In this document: piece by piece, positions 1 to 13,387 of the stretch | How positions within the stretch are numbered: position 1 is the first letter of the stretch | Layout of the letters: each line of letters starts with the position of its first letter | Source: Takakia lepidozioides | Lineage: Eukaryota; Plantae; Bryophyta | DNA length: 64,000 bases | Direction: 5' to 3' | Assembly (NCBI GenBank): GCA_030704615.1 | Contig: CM060732.1 | Span: forward strand, 12,338,001 to 12,402,000 | The notes under the pieces: generated by a model | Told to the model about the DNA's origin: nothing | Databases searched by the model: none | Seen by the model: the letters and a program-made list of their open reading frames with translations, nothing else | Position numbers and translations under genes: made by a program

Positions 1-6
1 TTTGTT

Positions 7-1549
7 GTGTCTCTCTCAGCCACTACTAGACAGAAGCATGTGTGGTATGTTGATTCAGGAGCATCTCAACATATGAGTTCAGAGAGAGAGCATTTCTTAT
101 CCTATAGATCTCTTTCACCCACACAATATGTTCTTTTGGGAGATGATAGTAAGCATGTCATTGGTGGGGAAGGAAATGATGGTTTGTAAGCTTCTCAAGT
201 CTTTGTATGGTTTGAAGCAATCCCCTAGGGCATGGAATGCTAAGATTGATGCATATTTCATGGCTGAAGAGTTTGAGAGGAGCTCTGCTAATTATAGTGT
301 TTACTATAAGAGGGCTTATGGAAACTCTTCTGTGATCATAACATTGTATGTTGATGATCTGATCTTGGTCTCTAATGACTTGACTCTGTTGAAACACATA
401 CAGAGTGTCAATATCTCAAATGAGATTGAGATAGTGGTTATGCACATGATCATAACAAATTGACTTTGTTGAAACAAAGACAAAGTGATATCTCAAAGAG
501 GTTTGAGATGGTGGATCTTAAAGAGATCATGTGATCATGTGTTGATCAGGCTTTGTTGAAAAAGACAAAGCGATATATCAATGAAGTTTGAGATGGTGGA
601 TCTGAAAGAGATCCAGTACTGCTTGGGGGTATCGGTAACTCTTGTTCGACAAGACCGAGCAATTTACCTAAACCAGCGTAAGTATTTTGAAGATATCTTA
701 AGGCGCTTTGGTATGGTTGAAATTATGCCGGCAAATACCCCGTTTGTCCCAAATCGCAAACTCTCAAAGGAGATGAGTCCTAAGAGTGCTGCAGACTTGG
801 AGACAATGAGAGATATTCCCTATCAGAGTGTTGTGGGAAGTCTCATGTATGCAATGGTCTGTACTAGGCCAGATATTGCACAAGCAGTGGGGGTTGTAAG
901 CCAATATGTGGCTAACCCTGGGCAACTCCATTGGGTTGCAGTAAAGCGGATTTTCCGTTATCTGAGAGGCACACTGGATTATGGTTTGTGCTTGAGAAAG
1001 AACAATGATAATGTTCAGTTGGATCAAGTGGGTTCATATGGTATCTCAGATAGTGCTTACAAAAGCACAGAGCTATACGGCTATTGTGATGCAGATTGGG
1101 CTGGTAATATTGATGACCGTCACTCTATATCTGGCTATGTTTTTATGCTAGCAAATGGAGCTGTAAGCTGGAGCAGCAAGAAGCAATCTACAATTGTTAT
1201 GTCCTCGACTAAGGCAAAATATATGGCTGCATCTCAAGCTATAAGGCAAGCATTATTGTTATCATCATTTCTATCTAGTATTGGTCATCCACAGAGGGAT
1301 ACCATGGTCATATATGATGACATCCAAGGGTGTATTGCTCTCTCAAAGAATCCAATGTTTCATGCTCGCACAAAGCATATTGAGATTCATCATCATTTGG
1401 TACGAGAGAAGACTGAAGCTGGAGTTGTCAAGCTTGTATATTGCAACACTAACAACATGGTTGCAGACATACTGACAAAAGGGCTTAGTGCTGAAAAGCT
1501 TGAACGCTTTCGAGGCTTGCTGGGAGTAGTTAAGTGCTTAACTTGGTAA
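7..1549 (+). pseudogene. copia pol remnant (protease fragment, RT, RNase H); integrase missing, frame broken by a local tandem triplication at about 375-620
   Basis: ORFs 7..189, 128..463 and 581..1549 carry consecutive copia motifs in different frames. Confidence 0.88.
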
Positions 1550-1564
1550 CTCGTTGAGTGGGGG

Positions 1565-1935
1565 TGTTGGAAATCAACTCCTAACCAAGTTACTACTACC
1601 TAGAGTTACTGTGATCACAAGTCAGGCTTCCATAATAGGAGTTCTGACAAGTCACAGTTAACAATAGAGATAAGCCTCGGTTAACTAAAAGATAACTAAA
1701 GTTAGCTTCAATTATTAGTGACTCAAGTCATTGTACCAGAATAGCAGGTGGAGATAACTTAAGTAAAAGCATGGAGTTATGCTATAGTTATCTCAGCTAT
1801 TTATGGATTAGACTATGAGTATAAATAGGGAAAGCTCGGAGGGTGGACACACAGTTTGTTGTGGTCCTATGGTTGGGTGGAGAGTTCTTAGTAATCAGTT
1901 TATCTTTTATCTCTATTCTCTGTCGAATTCCAACA
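1565..1935 (+). repeat. copia 3' LTR (371 bp)
   Basis: Starts TGTTGGAA right after the PPT and ends TTCCAACA (8-bp terminal inverted repeat). TATAAATA near 1820. Gypsy MTase coding sequence resumes at 1936. Confidence 0.9.
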
Positions 1936-4900
1936 AAGTTGTAAATAACGTAGGACCCTCAACATTTCCCAAAACAGGCGTGACCTTGAGTCGTGTAACC
2001 CATTGCCATGCCCGGCTGATGAATGCCCTTGGCAGGGCCAACCTGCTACTATCAAGTGAATAGGGTCAACCCGCTCCAAACCATGCGCCCCCAGCAAAGA
2101 GATGTCTGCTGGCAATGCTTGTTGGTATCCACGAACTGCAGACACTGACAACAAATCAGGGTACTGCTGCACCAATTGAGCAACATGGCGCAGTGAGATG
2201 CGTCGTGCAGTCTCATCCCTCTCCACATACAGGTAACGTCGAACTCGTACACCTGCCTGTAGCACTGCACCCAATCCAGTGCTGATCCCGCCAAACAAGT
2301 CCAGAAGGCATATGCCTTCATCCGGGCACTGCCGCACAAGAGGTGTGGTGTCCAATGGCGACAACTGAGGTGGTCCTGGTGCAATCACCGCACTCTCCTC
2401 CTCTCTTGACGGTATGAAGGCCTCTACCCAGGCTTGTTGCACCTGTCTATCAGCAGCCTGCTGCAAATCCTTGCTCGTACCCCACAATGGAGTGTGAGCA
2501 ACCATGGCAGGCAACTCCGCCGTACCATGCATGTCATCCTGCTCTGCTAGAGGTGGCACATCCTCTGCATGGGCATTGCCCTCCAGCAACTCTCCAGGCC
2601 AACTAACTGCAGCTGTGAAGGCTGCTAGTGTTGGCATCTTGCCCCGCTGGGCAGCATCAACACCCCCAATGAATGTCACATTGAGTTGTACACGACGACC
2701 ATCCCCTGACTGCCATCCAGGCCTGTAGGATGCTGACTCCTCCCAAAAATCATATCTCCTCTTGTGTTCTTCGGACTCCAAAATGGCCCGTGGCCTTATG
2801 CACTTCAGTGATTATTGCCTCTCTGTCCATTCTTGGTGGAACTACCCTTCCCTCAAAGTCAACGACGCAATGGCGTGAGCGCCCGAGCGTACGCTCACGC
2901 AGGAGTGACGTGGCGTGAGCGTACGCTCACGCAGGAGTGACGTGGCGTGAGCGTACGCTCACGCCAGCTGACGTGGCGTGAGCCTGCACACACGCTGACG
3001 TGGCGTGAGCGTCATGTCAGCATGCTAATGTGGCGGTAAATGATGACATGGCACTGTCCGTCATCAGGGTGAAGCCCATGGAATATAACACTGCCCTACC
3101 AACGAGGACATCGTAAGAGACCGCATCTGTCATAATGGCCTTGGCTCGCATCACTGAGCCATCTATAAGATGATCCGGCTGTAGTCTAATGGCCAACTCA
3201 CACCGTGTCATGCCCCGAGCCTGCTCTGATCCTCCCAGAGATGTCTGTATCTGGAAAAGACAAGGCTCCATATCTGCCTCCATGAGGCCCAAACCTGCAA
3301 TAGCAGCTCTGCCCAACATCAGTGGCTGAGCTCCCGAGTCCAACAAGACCCGCAATGGCCGGTACTTCTTGCCTGCCAGTCCATTCAAAGAGAAAATGCC
3401 ATCCTGGTTGTCTAACAAGACAACTCCAGGTGTCACCATGGCGCGCTCAAAGGCTGGCCTAGCTGGCAGCTCTGTCAACCTGGCAGCTACAGCTTGCCAT
3501 GGCGCAGCCGTGGCAGTCTTGACCCTCAAATTCGAGAATCCTTCTGCCACTATACCTTCCACTAACTCTGCAGAAGATGAAGTGACCTCCACACTCTCGC
3601 AGAGTATTGCTGCTAGTCTGAACACTGCAGCTGGTCTTACCCCTGGCGTCGCAATCATGGTTGCCGAGAACAGTGGGGCCTGACACACAGAGGTGGCCGC
3701 CCCCAACAACACACTGGCTGCACTAGCCTTGGCAGCAGGTGTCAGTGCTGCACGTGTAGCTCTTCCCAATGGCACAATAACCTCCGCCTCAGTATCCATG
3801 GGGCGAGAATTAGGTGCCATGGATGTCGTCGACACTGTCTCCACCAAGATGAATGATTGAGGCAACCTAGCCTGATGGCTTGCCTCCCCACGTTGTGAAT
3901 CCAACTCCACCTCTGCACCTCATGGCTCAGGAATTCGTGCTGCTCCTCGAGTGACGGCTGCAGCAGACTCCACCTGCACTAGTGGTAGTGCTGCCCCACA
4001 CATAAATCTCATGCCTCCCATGTCTCCTCCGTTAGGATGACGCTGCTGAGGAGGAACAGGAGGTGGACCCTCACGTCTTGGAGCTGGTACCACCTGAGCT
4101 GTGGCCATGACAGCAAGCCTTTGTTCTAGTTGCTGAAGTTGGTTGGCCATGCCTTGGTCAACTCCCTGACCTCCACGTCCTTGGCCATACTGTGCTTGCC
4201 CTCGTCCTACACCTCGTGCCTAACCACCTTGTCCTCTCTGAGGTGCTCCAGCTCGCCCTCGGCCACCATTGTTCCCTTGGAACTGGCCTTGCCGCAACTC
4301 AGGGTGCAAGTCATAACACTGGGCATCTCCATGTCTATACTTGCCACAATGCCCACACTGCAACTGTGCAGGCTGTGCTTGTGCCGGCCTTTTGCCACTC
4401 TCTGGGAAATCTTTCTTGACATGGGGTCCTCCACATGTCCAACATATCACCCCTGGTTGCTGTTGGCTTGCAAAAGATGCTACAGGCCTCTGCACCTGAG
4501 GTCCCCTGTAAGCTCCATGGATTTGGGTTGGGAAACCTTGCCCCTCTGACCACACTGTTGGGCAGTCCCTTGTGCCTGTTGGCTGGCAGCTACGCCTCGT
4601 GCAGGCATGTCCTTGCCAAATCCAATTGTAACAACTCGCTCCTCCACCATGTTGAGCTCAATCCGCACAGCAGAAACACATCTGTTAATGTGGGTTGGGC
4701 TGCTTGTAACAGGGTTGCATCCCGCACCCTTCTCCTGAGCTCCTTGTCCAAAATTCCATACCAGAACTGGATTGCCTGAGCTTCAGTAAACCCTGGGTCA
4801 CACTTATCAAGCGCCTCATACGAGTGTAGGCCTCTCGCAAGCTCTCACTGGATTTGCGCTAGAAGTCTTGCAAACTTCGCAGCTTCTCTGTCTGTACACC

Positions 4901-5593
4901 TTGGTAGTTCCTCCGCAACTCCTGGAAGAACTCCACCATCGGGTTGAATCTAGGCACATGTGTTGTAGTCGTGGCAGGAGGAGTAGTAGCACCTTTTGAA
5001 CTGGTACCACCTGCAGAAGTACCGGCACTACTTGTTCCACTACTAGTGCTGGCAGTGGGAGATATTGGTGCTGATGCAGCTACTGGTCGCGTCGTGCCTC
5101 GAGTAATGGAGATGTAGTCAGGTGACCAATACATCCTCCACTCCTCAATCTCTGCTTCATGTCCTCACCTGAACTCGTGGTAATCATCCATATGCGGGAA
5201 TTCCAAATGCTGGAACAGTCCCTTCCATGCCATGAATGGGGTGAACAGCTGTGGATTGCGCATCTGCTGCAAATCACACCAGCTGTCAAACTCCTGGATA
5301 AAGTCATCCAACTCGATTGTGCCCACAGCTCCAGAGTACCTACGAGGCCCCTTGGTAGCTCCATACATCTCCTCCATGTCGTCCCACAACAATGGCGAAT
5401 GAAACTACACACCTGTTGATGAAGCCTCTGAGTCTGTGTCTGACTCTGCACTAGTTGAGGGTGGAGGTGAAGGTGGTCTGAAATAAACACCTCGTCTGGT
5501 GAACCCACTCTCATTGCTACTGCCTGTAATTGTACTCCCCTCAAAACCCTTGGGTAACTCCGTGATGACACTCACAACCCGCACCTCCCCCAC
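1936..5593 (-). pseudogene. disrupted gag - aspartic protease - C5 cytosine methyltransferase polyprotein (copy 1)
   Basis: Zn knuckles CWTCGGPHVKKD and CGHCGKYRHGDAQC; protease LLDSGAQ; MTase LLDLFGGISTG, YLYVERD, IVAGWPCQGHS. Several stops and frameshifts plus two insertions. Confidence 0.9.
2752..3064. repeat. about 313-bp insertion carrying a tandem array of about 32-bp CpG-rich palindromic units
   Basis: Splits MGFTL|DFWEES relative to copy 2. Units GCGTGAGCGTACGCTCACGC-AGGAGTGACGTG at about 2873-3012. Confidence 0.85.
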
Positions 5594-6114
5594 GTGACAC
5601 TATAAGGCTCTAGTACTAATTCTAATAGTGACACGGGTGAGCACCTGTTGCGGATTAAGGGTCATATCCTAGTGGCTAAGGGCACCTGCACCTGCATCCA
5701 CCGCAAGAACTCCTATGGTTGGCTGGTCATCAACCCAGCCTCACCATAGAAGAAACACTGGTGGTCTTGCTGGTCATCACTCCAGCCTCACCACCGACAG
5801 CATACTCTAGGATTGACCGGTGATCAAATCCGGCCTAATCCCTATGAAAGCAAGCGCCCACACAAAACCAACATGGCGCACAGTCAAGCATGCAGGTGTT
5901 GGAGGGGATCCAAACACAAGAAATCAAAACATCAATACCCCCACACCAAAATCCATCTGCAGTGCTGATTCTGCAGATGATCCCAGCCCAAAAACCCCGG
6001 ACTGACTGGCCTCCACCAAGAGAGGCTTTGACAACTACAAGTACAAAGTAATGAAAATAGTAAAGAGAATGAGGGGAAGAATAGAGGCCCGACCAAGCAA
6101 GATCTAATCCTGAT

Positions 6115-6950
6115 CTATGTTATCAACTGCCAGACTTCTCTCAAAGTGCCTCGCTCTGCATGATGGTAAGGTGTAGGAGGTATATCTATGTCCAGAAACC
6201 TGCCACTAACCTTATCCCAAGCTACAGTAGCTCGCTCTAACCAACCCTCCTCCTCTCTCTGCCAGGTAGAGACAAAGCAATACTCCCCTATCTCCCGCTC
6301 ACTGAATACTAAAGAAAATAAAGGTAGGGTCTGACAATCTCTCAACTCGAAAGCTTTGAGACAGTTGCGGCTGTCCTCGTTGCGAATGACTGCATCTCCT
6401 TCAAGCAGAACAAACTTTTCATTGCTAATGAACCCCCGCTCGTGGTTGCCTTGTGCAGAGCGTGTCCGGCTGCAACCATGTCTGATTGCACAAACTTGTG
6501 TAGCTCCTGCTCTTCTGCTCTAGTACACCACGGCCTTGTGGCTGAACACCTTGGTCCCCGGGGCTGTCTTTGGTTGTGTTCCAAGCCTAGCTTCCACCCA
6601 CTTTGGTATTTCACCTACAGTTGTAGAATTGCTTGCTCCAACAGAGTTCTGACTGTCCAAAGCAATATTGAGGCCCTCAACGCCAAATACTGCAGTTTGT
6701 TGTCTATTGCTAATGCCTAACTCCCAGTATGCAGTCAACTCGTCCAACTGCTCTCCATTCACATCAGTCTGAGTTCCTTGAGAAACATAAATCTTGGCCC
6801 CTTGTAGGCTAAGAGAAGATACCTTCCCTTCAATTACATCCTCATTTCCCCCAGCCATACAAGGAGGACATCCACAGATTTGTCTCTCATGTAGACCACA
6901 ACAGGTTCTAGAAACAGAATTGTGGATCTTTCATAGCACACTCACACTCA
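6115..6950 (-). pseudogene. accessory ORF upstream of gag (copy 1, frameshifted)
   Basis: ORFs 6520..6858 and 6115..6345 match the 278-aa ORF at 26371..27207, including the same stop position. Confidence 0.7.
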
Positions 6951-9309
6951 CACTCAAAAAATTCCATAGATTTTTAGCAGAGTCCAAAAAACTAAAACCG
7001 GGTCTAGATAGGTAGATTTCCCCTTTCTATAGCTATCCCCCCAAAAACTGAGTCAAACGGAGTCCATTTGACAAAGATATGACCAATTAGGCTCTAAACC
7101 ATTTAAATTAGATCAAAAGGTTTTTTTTTTTTTTTTTTTTTTTTTCAACACCAGAACAAGTCATCTACAAGTTCCCAACACGTCCATGTAGTTCTCACAG
7201 ATTCCCTGAATTTCACCTACATGTGTTTCAAACATACACCACTGAACTGCTCTGCTCCAGCCAAGATCTGTAGCTATGCCGACTCCGGGGCTTTGATCCT
7301 TCGCATCCACACCAGCTAGCACATCCTTCCATGCCACATTTGACGTGCACATGCCTCAGGGAAGCACAATGAACTCCTTTACGAGCTCTTCTTCGCTACA
7401 GAAGAAGCGTATCAGACTCGCTCCACACAAAGCCCCCCAAAAACGCAAGTCCAAGGCACGCCCAATAATGACGACATTGCACCTCCACCGGCGGCAGCTA
7501 CTCCCACAAAGCGGCGAACCCCCCTGCCCACAACGCTCACATCCCATGTGGACTTGATGACGCTCAACATAAGTTCAAAGCGCCAGTCAGATGCCTTCAA
7601 CAGTGAGACAGACAACAGCCATTCCGAAATCAAGAGGTCTCCACCAGCAAGATCAAACCCGTGAAGTAGCAACATCAAGCATACCAGGTCTCCCCCAACT
7701 CTAGCTGGAATACGAAGCGCTCGAACAACAAGCCATTGAATCACAGCTCCCTATCATTGTAGAAGAACGCTTGGGATTTGAGCTTCAAAGCCTGGGTCTC
7801 AGCACCCCTGAAATCTACGACTTGCAGAATTGTCCAAAGGCGTTCCCACATGTCCCACAGCTCTTGTTTCCTGCAACCAGACCAGACGGACGAGAGTGCC
7901 AATTCTACCCTCTCACCCAGTTACCAAAGGGCACAAAAATTGATCCCGTTTCTGGGATTTCGGCAGTCCCCCCGCACATCCTGATACGTCTTGACATCGA
8001 CTTCGTGATGCCCAAAGAACTAGCTCTACTGAGGGCTCACAAGCAATTCTATGAACATCCCACTCGGAACTAGGATGTACTCACCCATCACGGCATACTC
8101 TAAGCACGAGAGCTCAACGTGGATTGGCCTCCTTAAGGTGGAGTTACTTCACCCGGCCACAGGTGGCCTTGCCCTCTTAAAAGGCAACCGCCCATTTGTA
8201 CTAAACATGGCCTCTGGCATGCCCAAGCAAGGGAAGGTCAAAAAGACATTTGACCTCTCAGCGTCCACTGACTACCTCTCATTGTACCTGGCAAGCGAAG
8301 TCCTCCTAGGAACGATCGGCAGCAAGCTTCCCAGGCACCCTGGTGGTGAAGAATCTCAACCCACTGCATCCACAAGCAGAGGCCGAAGCAGCAATTCGCA
8401 AGCTGATGGGCACCGACAACGTTGAAAGCCTGCGTCACACTTCTCCCCTGCTACTCCTTCCTAATCGTCACCATGTCTCCCTTGAACACCACGATCTGCA
8501 CTGCACACTTGATCACCTTGCTGGCACGGAGAGGAAAATCCTGCGTTCATGCAGGAAGCAACAGCCTGCCCTCATGGCTACCGCTCTCCAGTGCATCGTC
8601 CAGCACTGCTTCCAGCCACCTCAGACTGCCATCAAATCACCAAAGTTGCGCATGAGGAAAACTGCCCATGCAAAAAGCGCCCTTGCTCGCAGCAACGTCA
8701 AGTGCGCAACCAGCTTCTCCTCATCTCCGCTGCCCACTGCTTCTTCAATTTCTGCTTTACGTGGGTGCCCTTCCCCTTCAGCTCCAATCCGGAGCTTGCT
8801 GCAGCCTGCAACTTGCTCCTTTCGTGACACCTATTTGCAATTGATGACTGCTACTGGGTCAGTTTCAACTCATCAAATACAACAGGGCTCGTACATTCCA
8901 GACGTTCGAATGAGCTGCTACGTTCCCATTAAGTGCCTGGTATAAAGGCAAGGTAGGCTGAACCAACATAGAAAGCATGTCTGCTCCGAATCCCTCTATG
9001 TCCTCAAATTTATGCTAAAACCATTCCAGCTCCAGTGTAACCTGCACAACGCCCCGACTTCGTGTTCCTATGCGTTGCTGCTGCGGCTGATGAGTTGGCA
9101 AATCACATGAACAAAAATGCCAGAGCCTGCACAATGAAGAAAGTTGAACAAAGTCTGGAACTCTACTGTTGATGATGCACTTGACATCTTTCTAACTAAA
9201 GATTACCTGAACACAGATAATCATTTCTCTCACTTTCAAAACAAAAACCACAAGTGCTAAAACTAAACTCACCTCTGGCACTCACAGATGCAAGCTCATC
9301 TCTCTCGAG

Positions 9310-9661
9310 TGATTAGAAACTAGATTCACACTGTTGATACAGAAACACTCAATACAACACAATCACTCATTAAAACTAAGAGTCGAGCCAGGGGCACCCC
9401 AAGCTATGGGGACTCCACCCCACAACATCCTATTCTCCCTTCATAAGCACACTCAGATTCTAAGCAGTGAAAGAGCTCGGTCGTGCAGGCTCAACTCGAG
9501 AGGGATGAGCCGCACGACTGACGAGCTTGTGAAGATAAGATGGTTCAGGTGTCAAGCTAAACTTGACACCTGACTTAACACTTGAACTAATTCCAAGTGT
9601 TAAATACAAATAACTAGATTTATTCTAGTTAGTTTCACACTGTGTTTAGTTTAACTTGACA
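9310..9661 (-). repeat. 5' terminal B repeat of Gypsy-DNMT copy 1
   Basis: Diverged homolog of 29855-30203 (GTCGAGCCAGGGGCACCCCAAGCTATGGGGACTCCACCCC, hairpin series, TTGACA end). No A segment adjacent. Confidence 0.88.
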
Positions 9662-9691
9662 GTTGTAGCACGCTATAATTTAGTAGTGAAT

Positions 9692-11190
9692 TCACTTGGT
9701 CTTAGAAGTCGGTGCCCTGTTGCTATGGTAAGTTGGGTGAGGGTAGTAATGTGGCGTTCTTTGAAGTAAGTAAGGATGAAAGTTTTTTGTTTTGGGTGGA
9801 AGAGTTCGAGTCGTGATAGAGAAGGACTTGCGACCCATGCGTGTTCCAGTGGTGAAGAGGTGTTGTGGTAGCATGGTGTCCGTTTGTATCCTTATTTTCA
9901 TGTGGCGGAGGATGAGTAGTGTACGCGCAGTGGGGGAGTGTAGGCAAGCTTGTGGGTGTAAGGATGACAATGAGTGAAGATCGTTGTATTTTTGGGCAAA
10001 GAATATGAGGAGCCCCTGATAGATGATACCGAGGCGCCCAGGGTCATTTAACGCTTCTTTCAACTGTGTACCTAATGTGCGGGCGTACGAAATAATTAAT
10101 GGGCTTGAGCCAATTCCATAGCTATCGGTTGGGAGTTGTGTTAAGGCATTGGGGGTGCTGACTGGTAAACCACATACGCGTTTGGTAAGATAAATGATTT
10201 TTTTGTCGAGTTTTTTGATATCTGGTAGGGGGAAGGGTGCAGCGTGGAATGCATATTGAATTTGGGTTTGTAAAACTGATTGAATAATTTATAGCTTGGG
10301 ACGAATGGCAATTGGGGATTTGAGTAGGGCCAAGCTTTTGTCAGCAAGTTTGGATGTTGTAGATTCTTTCTGTATGTGCCAAGTGAGAGAAGGCACTAAT
10401 TGAATTCCTAGATAAGTGTATGGCTCATCCGACCCTAGGAATGGGAAGGATTTGTTTTGGTAATGGACATATAGTTTATAGTGTGAGGCGATGGAGGTTT
10501 TAGTGAGTCGACTGTGGTGTCTGGCGGCTGTGATAGCACATTTGTGTAAGCTTAGTTCCATGCCTGACCAATGATTGAATCTAAATAATTTGGAGACTTG
10601 TCTGTTTAGATATTGCGGTTTATATTGTGCGAGAATAGCGAGGTCGTCTGCATATACTGCGGTGGATATATCGCTTGAGGAGGTTTTGTACCGATAACCG
10701 AGCTTGCCGCGGGCCAGCCATCTGAGTAGGGGTTCCAAGAATACAATGAAGAGATAAGGGCTTAAGGTGTCTCCTTGGAGAGTGCCTCGTAATATTGGAA
10801 TAGGTGGGGTGGAGCCATAATATGCTCCAGAGTACTCTGTTGTGCTATTTGTGTAGATGTTACCTATGAGTTGGATGGCATCAATGGGGTATCCAAGATC
10901 AGCCATAATAGAGAGTAGTCTTGCGTGATCTAGAGAGCCAAAGGCGTTTTTAAAATCGACATATAGAAGATATATATCTTGCTTAGTGAGTTTGGCGTCT
11001 TCAAGGGCAGATAGTACATATTGTATTTGTCGGGTTGTGTTGCGCGTAGCTTGGAATCCTTCTTGGGGGTCACTTAGAATGCGGTGTTGTTCGCCATAGT
11101 TGGACAATATGGTGGTTAATGTGCTGGTAAATAGTTTGTATATGGTATTGGCTAGAGCTATAGGTCTGTAGTTGCTAAGATCCGTTGGGT
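9692..11190 (-). mobile_element. non-LTR retrotransposon RT fragment (possibly Dualen/RandI-like)
   Basis: NYRPIALANTIYKLF, QEGF, LYVDFKNAF, GTLQGDTLSPYLF, YADDL and YTYLG motifs; main ORF 10289..11107. The clade call is tentative. Confidence 0.85.
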
Positions 11191-11194
11191 CACA

Positions 11195-12030
11195 CTAGCA
11201 CATGTCTGTTTCCTGGTCTCAGTCTTTGTGACTTGTGCAGGGGAGTTCCAGTATAGCAGAAGTCGGTCCCACAGATCCTTTTCACAATTGAAGGGCTTGT
11301 TACTTCTTCCAAATGTTCTTCAAACGTCCATGCTCGGTTTTTATGAATTTGTTAGATGCCTTCAAAAGAAAATCTTTGCTAATAGACATTAGACTGTACT
11401 CATACAAAGAGTCCAAGGCATCTAGAATTGTCGTGATGGCAGATGCATCTTGTCCCTCTATATCTTGGATACTTGGATCCAAATACCGAATACTCAAACC
11501 ACGCAAGTCATGATGCCAATGGTCCTTACCTTTTGCAGAATGCATCAATTTCTCCTTGAGCATTCACTTGCACCTGTAAAACAAATAGCAGCAGTGATGA
11601 AGCAGCCCATACAAAAAACCCTACATGGAGAAACCATACATACAAACAACCCAAATACAAAAAACCCTACATACCTTATGTTGCTTCTTCCCTTCTGCCA
11701 CCCTTGCCACAACAGTAGCTTCCCAATTTCAATTGGAAGCACGTCATTGTCGCTTCAAATGTGTAGCACGAGCACTCGGATCATCTGAAGACTCCACAGG
11801 CTCCTCAATACCTACATTGACTGCACCTTGTCATTGGGGGGGAGGGCCATATAAGCCGCTGGACCCTCCCCATTGTGGATTGCCTTGCTGGTTCGGCTGC
11901 CATTGCCATGACCCTCCCGGAGGTCCCCACTGTGGTGGTGGAGGTCCCCACTGCTGCCCCACACTCTTATGTACTTACACCATATTACTTGCTTCATGTA
12001 TTTTTCCAACAACCAACCAAAATATTTCAC
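11195..12030 (-). pseudogene. spliced, degenerate En/Spm (CACTA) TnpA/Ptta-like fragment
   Basis: After the frameshift at the end of ORF 11300..11563 the sequence reads PFNCEKDLWDRLLLYWNSP (W-x2-L-x2-YW-x-S). Acceptor TTTTACAG at about 11574-11581. Upstream exon is rich in Q/W/G/P. Confidence 0.45.
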
Positions 12031-13387
12031 ATGTGTGGACTATGTTGAAACACATCCTCGGGAAAAAAACATGTTTATTCGAGGTGCACGGGGATAGACC
12101 TGCGGAAACCACCAAACCCTCGAGTCACTTGTGAGTACTCAAGATGAAGAACAGTGCTAGAGAGTTTGAGAGCGGTGTTGTCAACGGAGGATTAAGCATA
12201 GGAAAACATTGTATTTCACGTCTGCTCGACAGAGGATGAGAGCAAGAGACAAGCCACTTTTGAAAGGTTGTCTTCTTCTTCATTGTAAGTTTCACTCACT
12301 ATTTCGTTGAAGAAAACGTGGACAAGCACAGCCTGCACGTTATATTGCTGGCAATATATGAAAATGGGTTGGTTGCAGATTGTATGGCTGAGGAGAACAG
12401 GGGAAAGCTGCTTACTAATGATTCCGTGGTGAAGGGGTTGGAGAAAGCATGTACACTTCAAGACTTGTCGGCCAAGAAGGTCGTCACTGGGCAGGTGGAG
12501 TTTCAACTCTGGAGAGGATTCTCCAGATCAAATAGTGGGATTGTTGTTTTCTTACATAACCCGACAACGTTGGAAATCCATGGTTATGAGCAACTTGACT
12601 TACCTAACACTATATGATTTCCAGTCCAAACCCTTCATTTTCCTAACTCATATGGGATTTGCTTCCAATTGCAGTACAATCTCCGAATTTAGTGGTCGCC
12701 CATTCATAGCATAGTGTCTTGAAAGTAGCTCACAACCATTCATTCAGTGTGCATGAGTCTTGGTGGATGTGGACAAATGAGGAGGATGGCAATAGACCTC
12801 GAACAGATCAAGTGTCTCATTGGGTTTGTTTTTTAGCCTCATGAAAAATGCTTTGAGTTTCTTTTGGTGCAGAAGTGAGCAGTAAAATGTACTGTATTTT
12901 ATCTTGTAATTTTCAGGTCTTGTTTCCTGGAACTTCGTTTCACACGTTGCATGCATGCTCAAAGGTCACAAGCTTCCTACTGCTAGGATTTTTCTACTGC
13001 GCTATTATATTAATCTTGGTCTCATAACAGTTAGTCCCCTACCAAAGGCCAGGTAAGTAGATTGGTCCTTGCACTTCACAATTTGGTTGCCTAAGATGAC
13101 CTTTAGAGTGCTTCATTGTTATTGAAACCGCAGGCTCATATTAGGTGGTGACGAGGGAGCTGAGGAGGGGAGAGAAGTAGCCGAGAAAGAGATTATGGAG
13201 GAGGAAGAGCATCCATCCCTCCATAGAGGAGATGAGGCATTGTTGGCCTCACACACATCATGATCTCCATTGCATCACACAATCAAGTGCCCTACAATGC
13301 CTCACAGAACAAATTTCTTTTACCAGCCCTTGCAATCTTCAACAACCAAATGCAAAATTAATGCTCACTCATCATAGGTGTAAACAC

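Larger units (their letters stand above)
1..1935 (+). mobile_element. Ty1/copia LTR retrotransposon, 3' portion, internally deleted
   Basis: Protease motif WYVDSGASQHM joined almost directly to RT (LKSLYGLKQSPRAW, LYVDDL), then RNase H (YCDADWAG, RTKHIEIHHH, ADILTKGL). PPT-like GAGTGGGGG at 1556-1564 precedes the LTR. Confidence 0.93.
1936..9661 (-). mobile_element. Gypsy-DNMT retrotransposon copy 1 (5' half; remainder displaced by the copia insertion)
   Basis: Colinear and highly similar to 22510-27370 of copy 2. Ends at ...TTAACTTGACA (9661), the same terminus as 30203. Confidence 0.9.

Noticed and set aside
2873-3012. CRISPR-like palindromic repeat array
   Set aside because: Intervening sequences are about 12 bp and repeated rather than unique spacers; no cas genes; eukaryotic context.
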